Positions 13,291 through 27,227 of a stretch of 64,000 nt of DNA are shown here, piece after piece (the stretch's first letter is position 1; each line of letters begins with the position of its first letter). The position numbers and the translations under genes are program-made. Location: the NCBI GenBank assembly GCA_951406725.2, contig OX597821.1, forward strand, positions 111,352,001 to 111,416,000. The letters run 5' to 3'. This DNA comes from Octopus vulgaris. Lineage: Eukaryota. The notes beneath the pieces are model-generated. The model was not told the DNA's origin. It made no database searches and saw nothing but the letters and a program-made list of their open reading frames with translations.

Positions 13291-15131
13291 GGACCCCAGG
13301 ATATTGAAAGGTCCACCAGCTCAAGATGTTCAAGGAACCCCAGTACTAACTTTGCGGACAACCAAGGGTCCGAGAACCATAGGCTAGGAACCACTGGTCT
13401 AACCAAGCTGGCTGCGCAGTGCCTATTCACCGGAAGTTCATTTTTTTGTCGTCGTTGCCTAATACGTAATCTGTATGTTGATTTCTAACATTAGCACAAC
13501 ATCCATCTCACATTTTCGGACGTAAGGTACAATCGATTAAATTAATCCCAGGTGCAGGTGTGTGTCTATGGTAAGAAGCTTGCTTCCCAACTACATGGTT
13601 CCGGGTTCAGTCCCACTCCGTGAAACCTTGCGCAAGTGTCTTCTACTGTGGCCTCTGGTCGACCAAAGCCTTGTGAGTAGATTTGGTAGGTGGAAGCTGA
13701 AAGAAAACTCGGTACTTATTCTAGCGGTTTCTTTTGCCGAAGCGCTGTGCTTCGGGGACGTAAACACTCTAGCACCGGTTGTCAAGTAGCGGTGGGAGAC
13801 AAACGCAAATGCACACACACACATATATTGTGGACTTTCCCGTCGAAGACGACATATGAGTATTCAGCTTCTGTTGAGCGACCTGCACAAATGATTCGCT
13901 TATTGTGATCAAATGTTCGTACTGCACATTAGCCGACCCCCTCCATCAAATCGACGTTAAATACGTTTTCTAACGATTTTTCTTGTATTCTTTCACTTGA
14001 TTCAGTTATTTGATTGCGGCCATGCTGGAGCACTACTTTTAGTCGAGCTAATCGAACCTAGGATTTATTCTTTGTAAGCCTAGTACTTATTATATCGGTC
14101 TCTTTTGCCGAACCGCTACCTTACGGGGGCGTAAACACACCAACATCGGTTGTTAGGCGATGATGGTGGTGGTGGTGGTGGTGGTGGTGGGGGCAAACAC
14201 AGACAGACAGAAAGACAGACGTTTACACACACACACACACCCAACCCACTTCATGTGTCGAAGTGATCGCAGAGCAACGTGAAATGAAGTACGTTGCTTA
14301 AGAACACAACGCACCACCTGGTCTAGGAATTGAAACCATGATCTCGCTATCGTGAGTGCAACACCCTAACTACTAGGCCATGCGTTTGCATTTGTCTCCC
14401 ACCTCTACTTGACAACCGGTGCTAGTGTGTTTACGTTCCCGAAGCACAGCGCTTCGGCAAAAGAAACCGCTAGAATAAGTACGAGCTTAAAAAACTAAGT
14501 ACTGGGATCGATTCGTTTGATTAAAATTCTTCAAGTCTGTGCCCCAGCATGGCCGCAGTCTAATGACCAGCAAAGGAAAGATAAAGATGGCAGGCTATTT
14601 ATTTTACCGACTTCGAAACGATGAAAAGATAACCTGCGTGAAGATTTGAACCCATATCGTAAAGAAACGTATCTAAATAATGTATGACGTTTTGTTCGAC
14701 GCTCCAATGATTTTGCAATTCACCGTCCTGGTAACAATTTAAGATTGATTTTTGCCGTTTGCACTGAGCTATTGATTTCTTTTTATATAGGTCAATTCGA
14801 TTGTGTGACGTAAGATGACATAAAATAAAATCGTTTCTACGCTTGAAGTTGAAACCGGTTTACAAACTCTGTTGGTTTGAAGACTTACTTAGTAGTTAGG
14901 ATGCAGCACTCACCATTTGTAGATCGTGGGTTCAGTTCCCGGATCGGGCAGCGTGTTGTTTCCATTTTACGTTGCCCTGGTGTTTTAATGGGAACTATCA
15001 TGTCAAAAAAAAAAAAATACCCCAAGTTTTTTTTTTTAACATTTCAATAAAACTTGCAGACGACCCGGTGTTTTTGTTGCTCTTGTTGTTATCAGAATGG
15101 TCTGTTGTTCCAAGATGCTATGTATTCTAAT

Positions 15132-15249
15132 CACGTGATCACGTGACCGACCAGACCATCAGATGTTGTTACACATCGCTGGTCACAATGCGTTCGCATT
15201 GTTTTAGCCTTCGAATGACGCCACCCCGCTGGCTAAGCGAGCAAGGCCA
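15132..15249. mobile_element. Short retroposed insertion with a 12-bp target-site duplication
   Basis: ATGTATTCTAAT at 15120-15131 and 15250-15261 brackets a 118-bp insert. Confidence 0.75.
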
Positions 15250-15279
15250 ATGTATTCTAATACTAAACAAAATTACCTT

Positions 15280-15686
15280 CTTTTATTCTTTCGTTCTTTT
15301 TACCAGTCATTAAACTGTGGCCAAGCTGGGGCATCGCCTTAAAGAATTTTAGCCGAACGAATCGACACCAGTTTTCACTTTTATTAAAGCCTGGTCCTTA
15401 TTTCAGCGTTTTTTTGTCGAACCGCCAGGTTATGGGACGTAATACACCAAGCAGTGGTGGGGAACAGGGGAACAAACACAGATACTAAGACACACACATA
15501 CATATATACATATACATATATACGACGGGCTTCTTTTAGTTTCCGTCTACCAAATCTTGTGACAAGGCTTTTGTCGACCCGAGGCTATAGTAGAAGACAT
15601 TTGCCCTAGGTGCCACGCAGTGGGACTGAACCCAGAACCATGTGGTTGGGAAGCAAACTTCTTACTACACAGCCACACTTGCGCCT
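15280..15686 (-). mobile_element. SINE family A
   Basis: Same head and tail motifs. Confidence 0.85.
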
Positions 15687-15718
15687 GACTTCGAGAGGAG
15701 GGTGTCTTAGATTAATTA

Positions 15719-15969
15719 TATTGGGTTGGTGCATAATTAGTGCGGCTTTTTTCAACAAATTTTATTCAACAAAACCAATAACAACATGTTACAAAAACAT
15801 CTTTAAATGATTATTCCGGAGCATATTCACCATCTACTTCAATTACTTCTTCCCATTTGCTTGGCAGACGGTCAGACCGTCATTTAAAGATGTTTTTGTT
15901 AAATATCATTGTTTTTATTGAATAAAATTTGTTGAAAAAATGTCGCAGTAATTATGCACCGACCCAATA
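15719..15969 (-). mobile_element. Mariner-derived MITE
   Basis: TIRs TATTGGGTTGGTGCATAATTA / TAATTATGCACCGACCCAATA; internal remnant RLPSKWEEVIEVDGEYAPE* (mariner transposase C-terminus). Confidence 0.85.
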
Positions 15970-17354
15970 ATTATGTGTTAGTGGAAGTTAACACAAAAAG
16001 CAACAACAAAAATACATATGATTATAGAACCCGGAATTAGAAACTCTATAAACGGCACAGCTATTTATGCATTGCCAGGTAGAGAAAACAGAACGCTGAA
16101 AAGAAAAAGGAACTTAAATAAAAACCAAACTCGTCTGTCCTCATCACAACTCTCACCTGGACGAAGTAATTAAAAGTAAATAAAAAGAAAGTAGAAAAAA
16201 AAACATTGCTTTTAAAAACTCGATCTTAAAGAAGAATGCTGTCTATTCAGTTGGTAAAATAGATACGGTGGCTGTCCTTAGAATTAACGATGTTGATTGG
16301 AAACTAACAATGGTGAGATCTTATAATATAAGGAGTGCTGCACAAAAGAATCGATACCATTCTCGCTGTCATTAATGTGAAATCAATTGTAATCATCTCT
16401 CTATATGATCTGCAGCTTATGTGGCGCCCAAACTAGGTTAGTTTGTTGTATATCAACTCTTAATTATCCGCATCAAATAATTTCAGGCCTACCATTACAC
16501 ACAAAAAAGTAAAGGGGAAAAAATGGTGAAGCAAAAATACAAAAAGTTTATTTTCATCTTATGCTTATCTCTTCTATTGACCGAGAAAATAAAATAGTCC
16601 GGCCTTCCCAACTGACCACTGTTCATCATAAATAAACTCTCTATTGGCTCGTCTACTGGACTGGACTGAACTGGACTGGACATTAACTGTAGCCGCTTTC
16701 AGAAAATATATAATGTTAACTACCAACGCCAATGTTGCTATTGTTGATGTTGTTACTGTTACCGCTTATGCCATCATTGCCGCTTACGTCGTCGTCGTTG
16801 TTGTTGTTGTTGTTGTTGTTGCTGTTGTTGTTTTCTCTTCTCTCTTTCTTTGTTAACGTGGATTGGCAGAACTGGTTGAGCGTCGGGCAAAATGTCCCCT
16901 TGATATTTAGTTACGCCCCCTTTACACTCTGCGTTCAATTCTCGACCTGGTCAACTTTCACTTTTATTCTTCCAGGTGTCGATAACATGAGACGCCAATC
17001 ACATACTAATACCAACCTGTTACCAGTTCAAATATGCTTGAGACGTATTCGAACCCGTTAGAAAGTCAATCACAGCAGTTTGTCGTGGAGAAAATTTGTC
17101 GCTGTCGACAGAAAGGTGTAAACAGATCAAATCAGTTCGAAGTGCACTCTAACCAGACTGATGTATGTATGCATTTCGAAGTGGTTATCTCTTCTTCAGC
17201 ATCAGACACCAGGAAGGGAAATGTTACGAACTAACAAACAAGAAATGGATATCTCTTATATTCTCGTCATCGTGCTGTGACTGGTTGCGCTAATCAATGG
17301 TTTGCTGTAAATAAAATAAGGAGCAGAAGCACTAAACAGTGATGTATGTAAATA

Positions 17355-17819
17355 TAAACTTGTTACCAGTTCGAATATGCTTCAGATTTATTCGAACCCT
17401 GTAAGAAAGATAATCATGCATTTTCTTGCGGAGGAACTCGTCATAGGCAACTAAGTGTAAATACTTCAAATCACAGTACTTTGACTGGAATAGAATAGGA
17501 GAGACTTGGTCTCTCGTAGTCAGTTCGACACTGAAGAGGAGATATTATACCGAGATGCATGTGTCCAACGTCTGGGTAGAGGGCATCCCGGGCCTACTTG
17601 GTGTGTTTAGCGAAAAATTTTCTCTATAACAAAATGCAGCCTAGTGGTTATGATGTTGCACTCACGATCTCTAGATCGTGGATTCGATTCCCGGATCGGG
17701 TAGCGTGTTGTGTTCATTTTACGTTATTCTGGTGTTTTAATGGGAACTGTCATATCAAAAAAAAAAGACCCAACGTTTCTTATGCGTTTCTTATGTGTTG
17801 TAAAAATAGGTGTCGTAAA

Positions 17820-17870
<51 letters not shown>

Positions 17871-17880
17871 GCTGCTGCTG

Positions 17881-17952
<72 letters not shown>

Positions 17953-18023
17953 TAAAATGCAATAAATGGCTTTCTTACGGGCTGGGATATGTCTTAAGCA
18001 TATTCGAACCGGTAACAAGTTTA
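17355..18023. mobile_element. Non-autonomous TIR DNA element, ~55-bp TIRs, with an extra left end at ~17014-17065
   Basis: TAAACTTGTTACCAGTTCGAATATGCTT... inverted as ...AAGCATATTCGAACCGGTAACAAGTTTA. Confidence 0.65.
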
Positions 18024-18256
18024 CATCTGTCTCAATCACTGCTTTGTGCTTCCAATCTGCAATCAAATATTAGGTTTCCTCCACCATACTTCACCCCTAC
18101 AACAAAAACTAGTGCCAGCATTGATTTTAATTTCATTTTTGACGTAGCAGAGAGATACAGGTTCCATAGATCTAGTGGTGGTGGTGGTGGTGGATCTTCG
18201 TCGGTTCCAACAAAGAGAATATTCAGTTGTTCGATCAACTGTATTATTATCTACAT

Positions 18257-18412
18257 AGGCGCAGGAGTGGCTGTGTGGTAAGTAGTTTGCTTACCAGCCA
18301 CATGGTTCCGGGTTCAGTCCCACTGCGTGGCATCTTGGGCAAGTGTCTTCTACTATAGCCCCGGGCCGACCAATGCCTTGTGAGTGGATTTGGTAGACGA
18401 AAACTGAAAGAA

Positions 18413-18458
<46 letters not shown>

Positions 18459-19222
18459 GACAAAATGAGATAAGAAAGCCAAGGCTGTGAGGAGTTTTCA
18501 GGACATTTATAAGGAAAACGTTATAGATATAGTCTTACAGCTGTTTCTGGGATATTATGGATGTCCTTTCATCAAAGACGGTGTGTGATGGTTAAATAGA
18601 GGTAAATATTTGAGTTCGAAATAAGGAATTATTATGGAAAAGGAGGAGATAGGGAAAATAGAGGGAAATAAGGGAATGAAAGTAGAAATAAAACATAAAG
18701 ATATTGTAGTTGCAGTTCCATTATTCGAGGAAAATGGTGTATAGAAGTGGTAAAAAGGTTTCCTGTACATGGTGTGTAAGTTCTGATAGTAGTTCGTGTT
18801 TAGCCATTTCAAAGTATGGAGCCGTGGATTCTGTGTTGTTCATTCGAAAGGGTTTTGTGGTTTGAATGAAAATTTGAGTATTGGTAGTATTTGTGGATAG
18901 ATGGGGGAGGCGATGTGTTTGATTAGAATGAGGAGATAAGTCAAAATGAGTGTACAGGTACGGGTGCTATTGTGTCTATGTGTTTGACCTTCTTCCCACT
19001 GCTTGGCAAACGGTGTTGGCTTGTTTACGTCCCCGTAACTAAGCGGTTCGACAAAAACGTGCGATAAAATAAATACCAGACGCGTTAAAAAACTCCAACC
19101 AAACAAACAAGTATTTGTGGTGGTGATGGTGGTGGTAGTGGGAGGGATCGATCTCTTTGACCAAAACCCTTCAAAGTGATACATCGGTGTGGCCGCAGTC
19201 CAATGACTGAAACAAGTTAAAC
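18257..19222 (+). mobile_element. SINE family A split at its internal (TA)n by a ~500-bp HHR-bearing insert (18458-18960)
   Basis: Head 18257-18415, tail ~18965-19222. Confidence 0.8.
18532..18579 (-). ncRNA. Type-I hammerhead motif (U3.G8 core)
   Basis: GTCT-TTGATGA-[GGACAT..ATATCC]-GAA-ACAGCTGT-A-AGAC; palindromic stem III, GUA site. Confidence 0.7.
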
Positions 19223-20095
19223 GACAAAAAAAAAAAAACCCGACTCACCCTGGTAATGTTTATATATTCGAAAGTGATTTTCCGGCCAAGCAAAGTCGCC
19301 ATCTTAACGACTTTGCAAGGCGATGTCAAAATGACACAAGCGAACACTATGGAGCAATTAGATCGCTTTTATATAAATTCTTTGGGATATAAAACACGTT
19401 TTGAGTGTTATAGTTTGTTTTTAGTTTTGTTGCCTTACAATAATCAGCGGTTTTATTTTTCTAGGTTTTTTTCTTATTTATTTGAATTGTTCAATAAAAT
19501 GGCGGACATAAAAGGACTACATTATTTTCATTGCTTAGTTTTACTCTGAGCACATCTTTCATCAACCCTTTCCCTGTATTCTTCCACTCGTGTTTTTGGT
19601 GTCGTTGTTGCTGTAGTTCTTCTTCTTCTTCTTCTTCTTCTTCTTCTTCTTCTTCTTCTTCTTCCCCCTCCCATTCTCTCTTCCCCTCCTCCTCTTCATT
19701 TACTCCTCTCCTCTTCCCCCTCCCATCCTCTCTTCCTATCCTTCTCCCACTCTTCCCCCTGCTCTCTTCTCCTCCTCTTCACTCTCCCTCCTCTCTTTCT
19801 CTCCTCCTCCCCTCTTCCCCTCACCCTCCTCCCTTCCTCTTCTCCCCACTTTTCTTTCCCGTCCTCCCCTTCATCTCTTCCTCCTCCTTTTTTCTCTTCC
19901 TCCCCTCCTCTTTTCTCCTCCCCCTCCTCCTCCTCTTCTTTTCTCCCCTCTTCCTCCTTCTCTTTTCTCCTCCCCTTCTTCTCTCCTCCTCTTTTCTTCT
20001 CCTCCTCCTCCACCACTTCCTCCTCCTCCTCCTCTTCTTGTTTCGGTTTTTTGATTTACACATCTGTCGAGGTCGAGACCGAGCGAAAGAAAAAG

Positions 20096-20148
<53 letters not shown>

Positions 20149-20556
20149 GAGGAGCGGTTGGTGGTGGGTGGAAGAAATGCAAGCTGCTTCATTGCACTAA
20201 AGAATTGGTTAGACTTGTTTAAGATGGAGGATTGTATTACAAAATCTAAAGTCTAAATGTCTGCTGAGTTTGTACGGAGGGGAAGAAACGTCTGGGGTTT
20301 GTTGTTTTGGAAACGAAAATTTGTTGTCGAGATTGTATTTGGTTTTTGATACTTACACTGCAATCTATGCAGATACACATACATGTGGTTGTGGTAAGAA
20401 GTTTGCTACCCAACTAGCATGGTTCTTGGTTCAGTCCCACTGTGTGGAACCTAAGGCTAGTGTCTTCTACTATGTCCTCGCGCTTTATGAGTGGATTTGG
20501 TAGACGGAAACTGAAAGAAGCCCGTCGTATATATATATATATATATATATTGTATA

Positions 20557-21119
<563 letters not shown>

Positions 21120-21261
21120 TTAGAGACAAAACCACTATTATGCAAATCAAACAAAGAAAGACTTAATCCAATACATAAAAAATTATATATATATATATAT
21201 ATACATATATATACAGTGCGTGTGTTTAATTGGCGAAATATGCCTATCCCGAAGCATGACT

Positions 21262-21335
<74 letters not shown>

Positions 21336-21342
<7 letters not shown>

Positions 21343-21844
21343 CAGTGTACATTTAAACACATAAGAAATCCACTCATGGGATTCAACCCGCTTGGTTCTA
21401 TAACCACAAAATTAGGGATAAAATTCGACAGGAACGAAATGAAAAAATAAAAACATTTTACCATCTAATTTCCTGAACCAATTGGTTTCTGATTTTAGTT
21501 TAGCAAGTAAATAACTTTTACTCGCGATGTGAAATCGCTTTCAACAGGTACACCTTAGATTAAATATATAAACACGAGGCGATCAACTGCGTGCCTCATG
21601 TTTATACATCCTAATTTTTTTCAAAATCTATTGCGAAGACGCAGTCCTTCGCCGGTAATAAAAAATGCCAACTTTTAAAAAACAAAAGTATTGTAAGTTT
21701 TTGGATAATTTTCCTGTTGAAAACGATTTCACCTCGCGAGTAAAAGTTATTTACTTGCTTAACTAAAATCAGAAACCAATTGGTTCAGGAAATTAGATGG
21801 TAAAAGGTTTTATTATTTTTTATTTCGTTCCGGTCGAATTTTAT

Positions 21845-21849
<5 letters not shown>
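21336..21849. mobile_element. (TA)n-embedded PLE-type mini-element with ~136-bp inverted arms (21413-21548 / 21713-21849)
   Basis: Arms are near-identical reverse complements; each carries an HHR motif; (TA)n on both flanks. Confidence 0.75.
21707..21794 (+). ncRNA. Type-I hammerhead motif, U3-A8 core
   Basis: TTTCCTG-TTGAAAA-[GATTT..GCGAGTAAA/TTTACTTGC..AAATC]-A-GAA-ACCAATTGGT-T-CAGGAAA; inverted copy at 21467-21548 reads TTGAAAG. Confidence 0.65.
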
Positions 21850-21902
<53 letters not shown>

Positions 21903-22059
21903 TCATATACATACAGACATATATACAAACATACATACATATACATACAGACAATGACTTATGCAAAGGCATCCGTGCATAAAAACATTCACGCATATTT
22001 GTAGTTATACGCACAGACATACATATATACAGACATGCATACAATCATACCTACACACA

Positions 22060-22170
<111 letters not shown>

Positions 22171-22185
22171 GTACACACATATATA

Positions 22186-23277
22186 CAGGGTGCGGTGAAT
22201 AAACTGTCGTCTAAATTATGCAAAAATGAAAATAACACTGACATCTCATTTTAACAGATATATTTACCAAAATTACATAACAATATATTGAAGTACTAAA
22301 GAGTAAATTTATTCAATAGAATCGCCATTGACTTCAACCACGGCCTCCCAACGACCTCAACTCTTCTGGATGGTCTCTTTGTTTAAGTTGGTGAATGCTG
22401 CCATAATCCTTGTCTTCAGTTCATCTTTGGTGCTACAAGGAGTTTTGCTGGTCTCTCGCTTAACTGTGCTCCATACATTGTTGTTCTTCTGGAGTTTTGC
22501 TGGTCTCTCGCTTAACTGTGCCCCATACATTGTTGTTCTTCTGGATTTTGGTTTGGTTTTCTTTTTGCTTTTTTTTTTTTGAAAATGTTTATTTCTGTTG
22601 AGAATCAAGTCGTTTCACTTATTTTTTCTCTTCTTTCAAACAGATTCGTTAACCTCTTTGAGATATTGAGGTCTACTCCTCCACACCGTATAGTTTTTTT
22701 TCTAGGTGTTGCAAGGGTGTTGCAGTCTGGGGAGTTAGGTGGCCAGATGTTAGGGGTGATGTGGTCGCAGAAATTGTCTGACAGCCATGACTGGGTTCTC
22801 CTGCATGTGTGGCATGGTGCAGAGTCGTGTTGCTAGGCATAGAGTCTTCTAGCAGCCACCCTCTTGACCCAAGGCAGCACTACCTCCTCCAGGCGCTTGA
22901 TATAGGCCTTCGTGTTGAGTCTGAGACCGCGTGGGAAGATGAATGGAGGCATAAATAGTGATCACTCCAAACACCATGATGTTGACTTGATGTTTGATTT
23001 TTATCACTCTTGGTACATGTTTTGGGAACACAGCAGACCAACGGTTGTTCTATATATTCACCATCTGTTCGTACTGGAGCTTCCAGTACGATTGCCAAGC
23101 AGTACAGCATGTCGTTTCCAAATTTCTGGCAGAGTGAACTGTGTCGTGGAGCTGTTTTTGTCACAGACGGTGCCCAACTGACCCTACTATACTGTGTAGT
23201 CGACAAAATCAGAAGCAAACAATGCGCATGCGCGAAATTAAAAAATAAAATGGTGATAATGTACCCATCGTACCCAG
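22186..23277 (-). mobile_element. Decayed Tc1/mariner-superfamily transposon (maT-like)
   Basis: TA-flanked CAGGGTG terminus; remnants NIMVFGVIT, IWPPNSPDCNTL, VWSTVKRETSKTPCSTKDELK. Confidence 0.75.
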
Positions 23278-23346
23278 TACATACATATGTACAAACATAC
23301 AAACATACATACATACACACATACATACGTGCGTACATACATACAT

Positions 23347-23438
<92 letters not shown>

Positions 23439-23501
23439 TTAGATATATATGCATATATATACTTAGATATACACATACAAGTATACATACATATGCGTGG
23501 A

Positions 23502-23870
23502 GGCGCAATGCCCCAGTAGTTAAGGCAGCGGACTCGTGGTCGTAGGATCACGGTTTCGATTCCCAGACAGGGCGTTGTGACTGTTTATTGAGCGAAAACA
23601 CGACGCTCCGGAAGGGTGTGGTGGTGAACCCTGCTGTACTTTTTCACCACAACTTTCTCTCACTCTTTCTTCCCGTTTCTGTTGTAACTGTATTTCAAAG
23701 GGGCCAGCCTTGTCACACACTGTGTCTCGCTGAATCTCCCCGATATCTACTTTAAGGGTACACGTTTCTGTTGAGTGCTCAGCTACATGCACGTTAATTT
23801 CACGAGCAGGCTGTTCCGCTGATCGGTTCAACTTGAACTCTCATCGTCGTAACCGACGGAGTGCCACACC
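23502..23870 (+). mobile_element. SINE family C (tRNA-derived head; tail GTCGTAACCGACGGAGTGCC)
   Basis: B-box GGTTTCGATTCCC; related copies on the - strand at ~36315-36640 and ~48696-49280. Confidence 0.8.
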
Positions 23871-24544
23871 GACGACATACATATGCACGGAGAGTATATG
23901 TCTGTGTGTGTGTGTGCGTGTATGTGTGTGCGTGTGCGTGGGTGTAAGTGAAGTACTTTTATTTCTACATTGGTTATGTGTAGAAAGAGGTTGAGCTCAA
24001 GAAACACGTTTGATTAAAAAAAAAAAAGAATAGTTAAAAAATAATTTTATAAAATTTTGATTTTGAAATTTTCTAGCTTTTTGCTTCTTTAAGAAAAAAT
24101 CCATCGGGGACAAAATTTTCGAAATAGTAAAATAAAATAGAAAAAAAAAACTATACGGTGTGAAGGGGTAGGCCTCAACATCTCAAAGAGGTTAACGAAT
24201 CTGTTTGAAAGAAGAGAAAAAATAAGTGAAACGACTTGATTCTCAACAGAAATAAACATTTTCAAAAAAAAAAAAAAAAAGCAAAAAGAAAACCAAACCA
24301 AAATCCAGAAGAACAACAGCAACAGCCCCCACCCACGCGCAAAATGGCATCTGTACTTTAGTAAACTGGTGGAATCTACTGATGCGAATTGATGAAGAAT
24401 TTTCATAAAAGACAAACAGATGACAGCGACGATGACGATGATAAAAATCTGCTGCTAAGCTTCGAAAGATACAAAATAAATTGAGAGCAAAAGACGGTCG
24501 GTGGCTAATTTTTGTTATCGTGAGTGTTATTGATGGCACTGAAG

Positions 24545-26215
24545 GTAGAATTAATGGAAGTGGGTATCAATAAGGGTGGTCGGTGGTGACATCGGCAATA
24601 GGTGGAGGTGGGGTGGCCGTGAAGAGACCAATTAAGTATGAGTCACTAGCGTTTAGTAAAGAACTAGTGATAGAGAGAAGTAGTTTAGAGGTGGAGCGAG
24701 TTAGTAAACTAGACACGGCAATTTAAAATGGCATCACAACCAATGTGCTAGCAGTAAGAGTGGCCCTCGAGCATTCTTTCGGAGCCCAACACGAAAGCTG
24801 CGTTGTCAGAGCTAGAGTTCATACGCTAAAATAAGTAGGAACGAAAGCTGTTCTACGGGCCCCGGTGGTGGATGGCACGACGTGAGGACAAAGCTATAAT
24901 TTATTCTTTGACGCATCTGGATAGGCGCGTGTTACTCGGTTTCAAGCAGATGCTTGCAGCATTCCAGCGGCACTTTGCTAAACTGATCTGAGCAAGCGGT
25001 CAGAGACGGCTATAGACTTTAGTGCCCATCTCGACAGCCTACTGCGGCTCTTGGTAGAAGAGCCAAGGCACTGCGAATCTTTAATAAGAGCAAATGAGAT
25101 AGAGGAAGTATTTATTTCTTTATTGCTCACAAGGGGCTAAACACAGAGGGGACAAACAAGGACAGACAAACGGATTAAGTCGATTACATCGACCCCAGTG
25201 CGTACCTGGTACTTAATTTATCGACACCGAAAGGATGAAAGGCAAAGTCGACCTCGGCGGAATTTGAACTCAGAACGCAAAGGCAGACGAAATAACGGTA
25301 AGCATTTCGCCCGGCGTGCTAACGATTTTGCCAGCACACCGCCCTTATATACAGAAGAGGTATTGAATGGTTGCACAAGGAGCAAATTGCCTGATTCAGA
25401 TAATTTGCTCTATGAGTTTTATGGCAATATGCCAGATAGCTACAATGCACAAATGGCATTTGTTCGGTAGGCATAGTAAACAGTCATCTCTCGGGACCGT
25501 TTCATATCGTGCGATCAAGCCATCAAGCTGTCTTTTCTCCTCTTTTCTATAGGCACTGGCTTTCAAGCCATTGCTTCTGAAGCGAGAACACTTGAGGAGC
25601 ATCTCTTTCAAACAAGGATAACATCATCATAATGGTATCAGATACTACGAAAGTTCAGGTAGTCGAGTTTCTTTTAACTGAATACGAAGTGATGACAAAA
25701 GTAAAGACAAACCGGAACAACTTAACGCCTGACCGTTGCGCCTTACCTCATCCAAGTTTGGCCAGACTGGAGCGTCCACTTTTCTTCTTCCTATGGAAGG
25801 GATGCGTTCCACTGGTTAGACTGTCCCACATGTTGCCAGTGACTTCTGGAAGGTGGACTTGGCATGCCGTAGCTGCTGACGCGCTGACACTCGCTGAGGT
25901 TACGTCACCTGCAGATTTTCCGGAACTGTAAGCCTGTGTGGTCTCCGTTTGCAAGACGCGCCCTTCGACTGCTCATCTCTTTGACTGAGCTGTAGTCCTG
26001 GGTCAAGAAAAGACCAAGATCGGGCACCTGGCACCTGGCATGTCGTTCAGCACACACCACTCTCTATAGTTGGGCAATGCGGTCCTATGTTAGCAATATA
26101 TAGAAATCTCGTGCGGGGTAAGAGCGATTACATTCCCGGGGGGAACACTTGGAGTTGGCGAGAACGATCTAATGGATCTGTTTCGGAGGACTTTCGGGGC
26201 CAGTACTTCCATGAT
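24545..26215 (+). mobile_element. Fragmented Tx1/L1-like ORF2 remnant, interrupted by SINE B (25110-25346)
   Basis: Pieces HESCVVRARV, SKLPDSDNLLYEFY (cf. KSPGxDGLPxEFY), LERPLFFFLWKG, LGVGENDLMDLFRRTFG occur in colinear order. Confidence 0.6.
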
Positions 26216-26473
26216 CCTGGACCTCTTAGGTTCCTTCATTGGCTCTTTGGAGGTTCTCCTCTAACAGGAAGACTGCATCAGAAATGTCATCACTTATTTT
26301 ATATTTCTATTATTATTAACTCATTTCAACCACCCTCCCCTTCTTTCCCCATGTCAAACCCCCACCCACAAATTGCAAACTGTCATGTAATACAACCCTC
26401 AATTAATGCTCCTGTGGAAAATAAAAGGCATCATCATCATTGTTCTTGCTATCATCATCATTATCCTCATCAA

Positions 26474-26697
26474 GGCGGCGAGCTGGCTGAATCATTAGTA
26501 CACTGGACGAAATGCTTAACGGTAATGCGTTTGTCTTTACGTCCTGAGTTCAAATTCCGCCGAGATCGACTTCGCCTTTTTTGCTTTCAGGGTCAATAAA
26601 TTAAGTACCGGTGAAACACTTGATGTCAATGTCATCAACTTAGATCCTCCCCCAAGATTTCAGGCCTTGTGCCTTTAGTAGAAAGGATTATTATTAC

Positions 26698-26757
<60 letters not shown>

Positions 26758-27227
26758 GGTGGTGGGCTGGCAGAAACTTTAGCGCGCCGGGTGAAATGTT
26801 TAGTGGTATGTACATGTTATACGTACACTTACGTATAACATGTACATACGTCCTGAGTTCAAATTCCGTCGAGGTCGACTTTGCATGTCGTCTTTTCGGG
26901 GGTCGATAAAATAAGTACCAGTTATGCACTGGCATCGATGTAATTGATTTAATCCCCTCCTCCAAGCTGACCCTGTGGCAAATTTTTGAAATCATCATTA
27001 TTATTTGGCGTCTAGGTAGAATCGTCAGGGGCGTCGAACAAAATATTCAGAGGTGTTTCTTCTGGCTCTTTACGTTTTGAGCTCAAATCCCAGTGAGGTC
27101 GACTTTGCCTTTCATCCTTTCAGGGTCGATAAAATAAAGTACCAGTAAAGTGCCGGGGGTCAATGTAATCGACCTGCCCCCCCCCCCCTCCCACCAAATT
27201 CTGGCCTTGCGACTATAATAGAAAGGA
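26474..27227 (+). mobile_element. Three tandem SINE family B copies separated by (ATT)n tails
   Basis: Heads at ~26474, ~26757 and ~27007, each with the Nin-like core. Confidence 0.85.

Noticed and set aside
24157-24200. Possible 44-nt minus-strand exon after a strong polypyrimidine-CAG acceptor
   Set aside because: Weak donor (GTATAG), no recognisable peptide, no partner exons.
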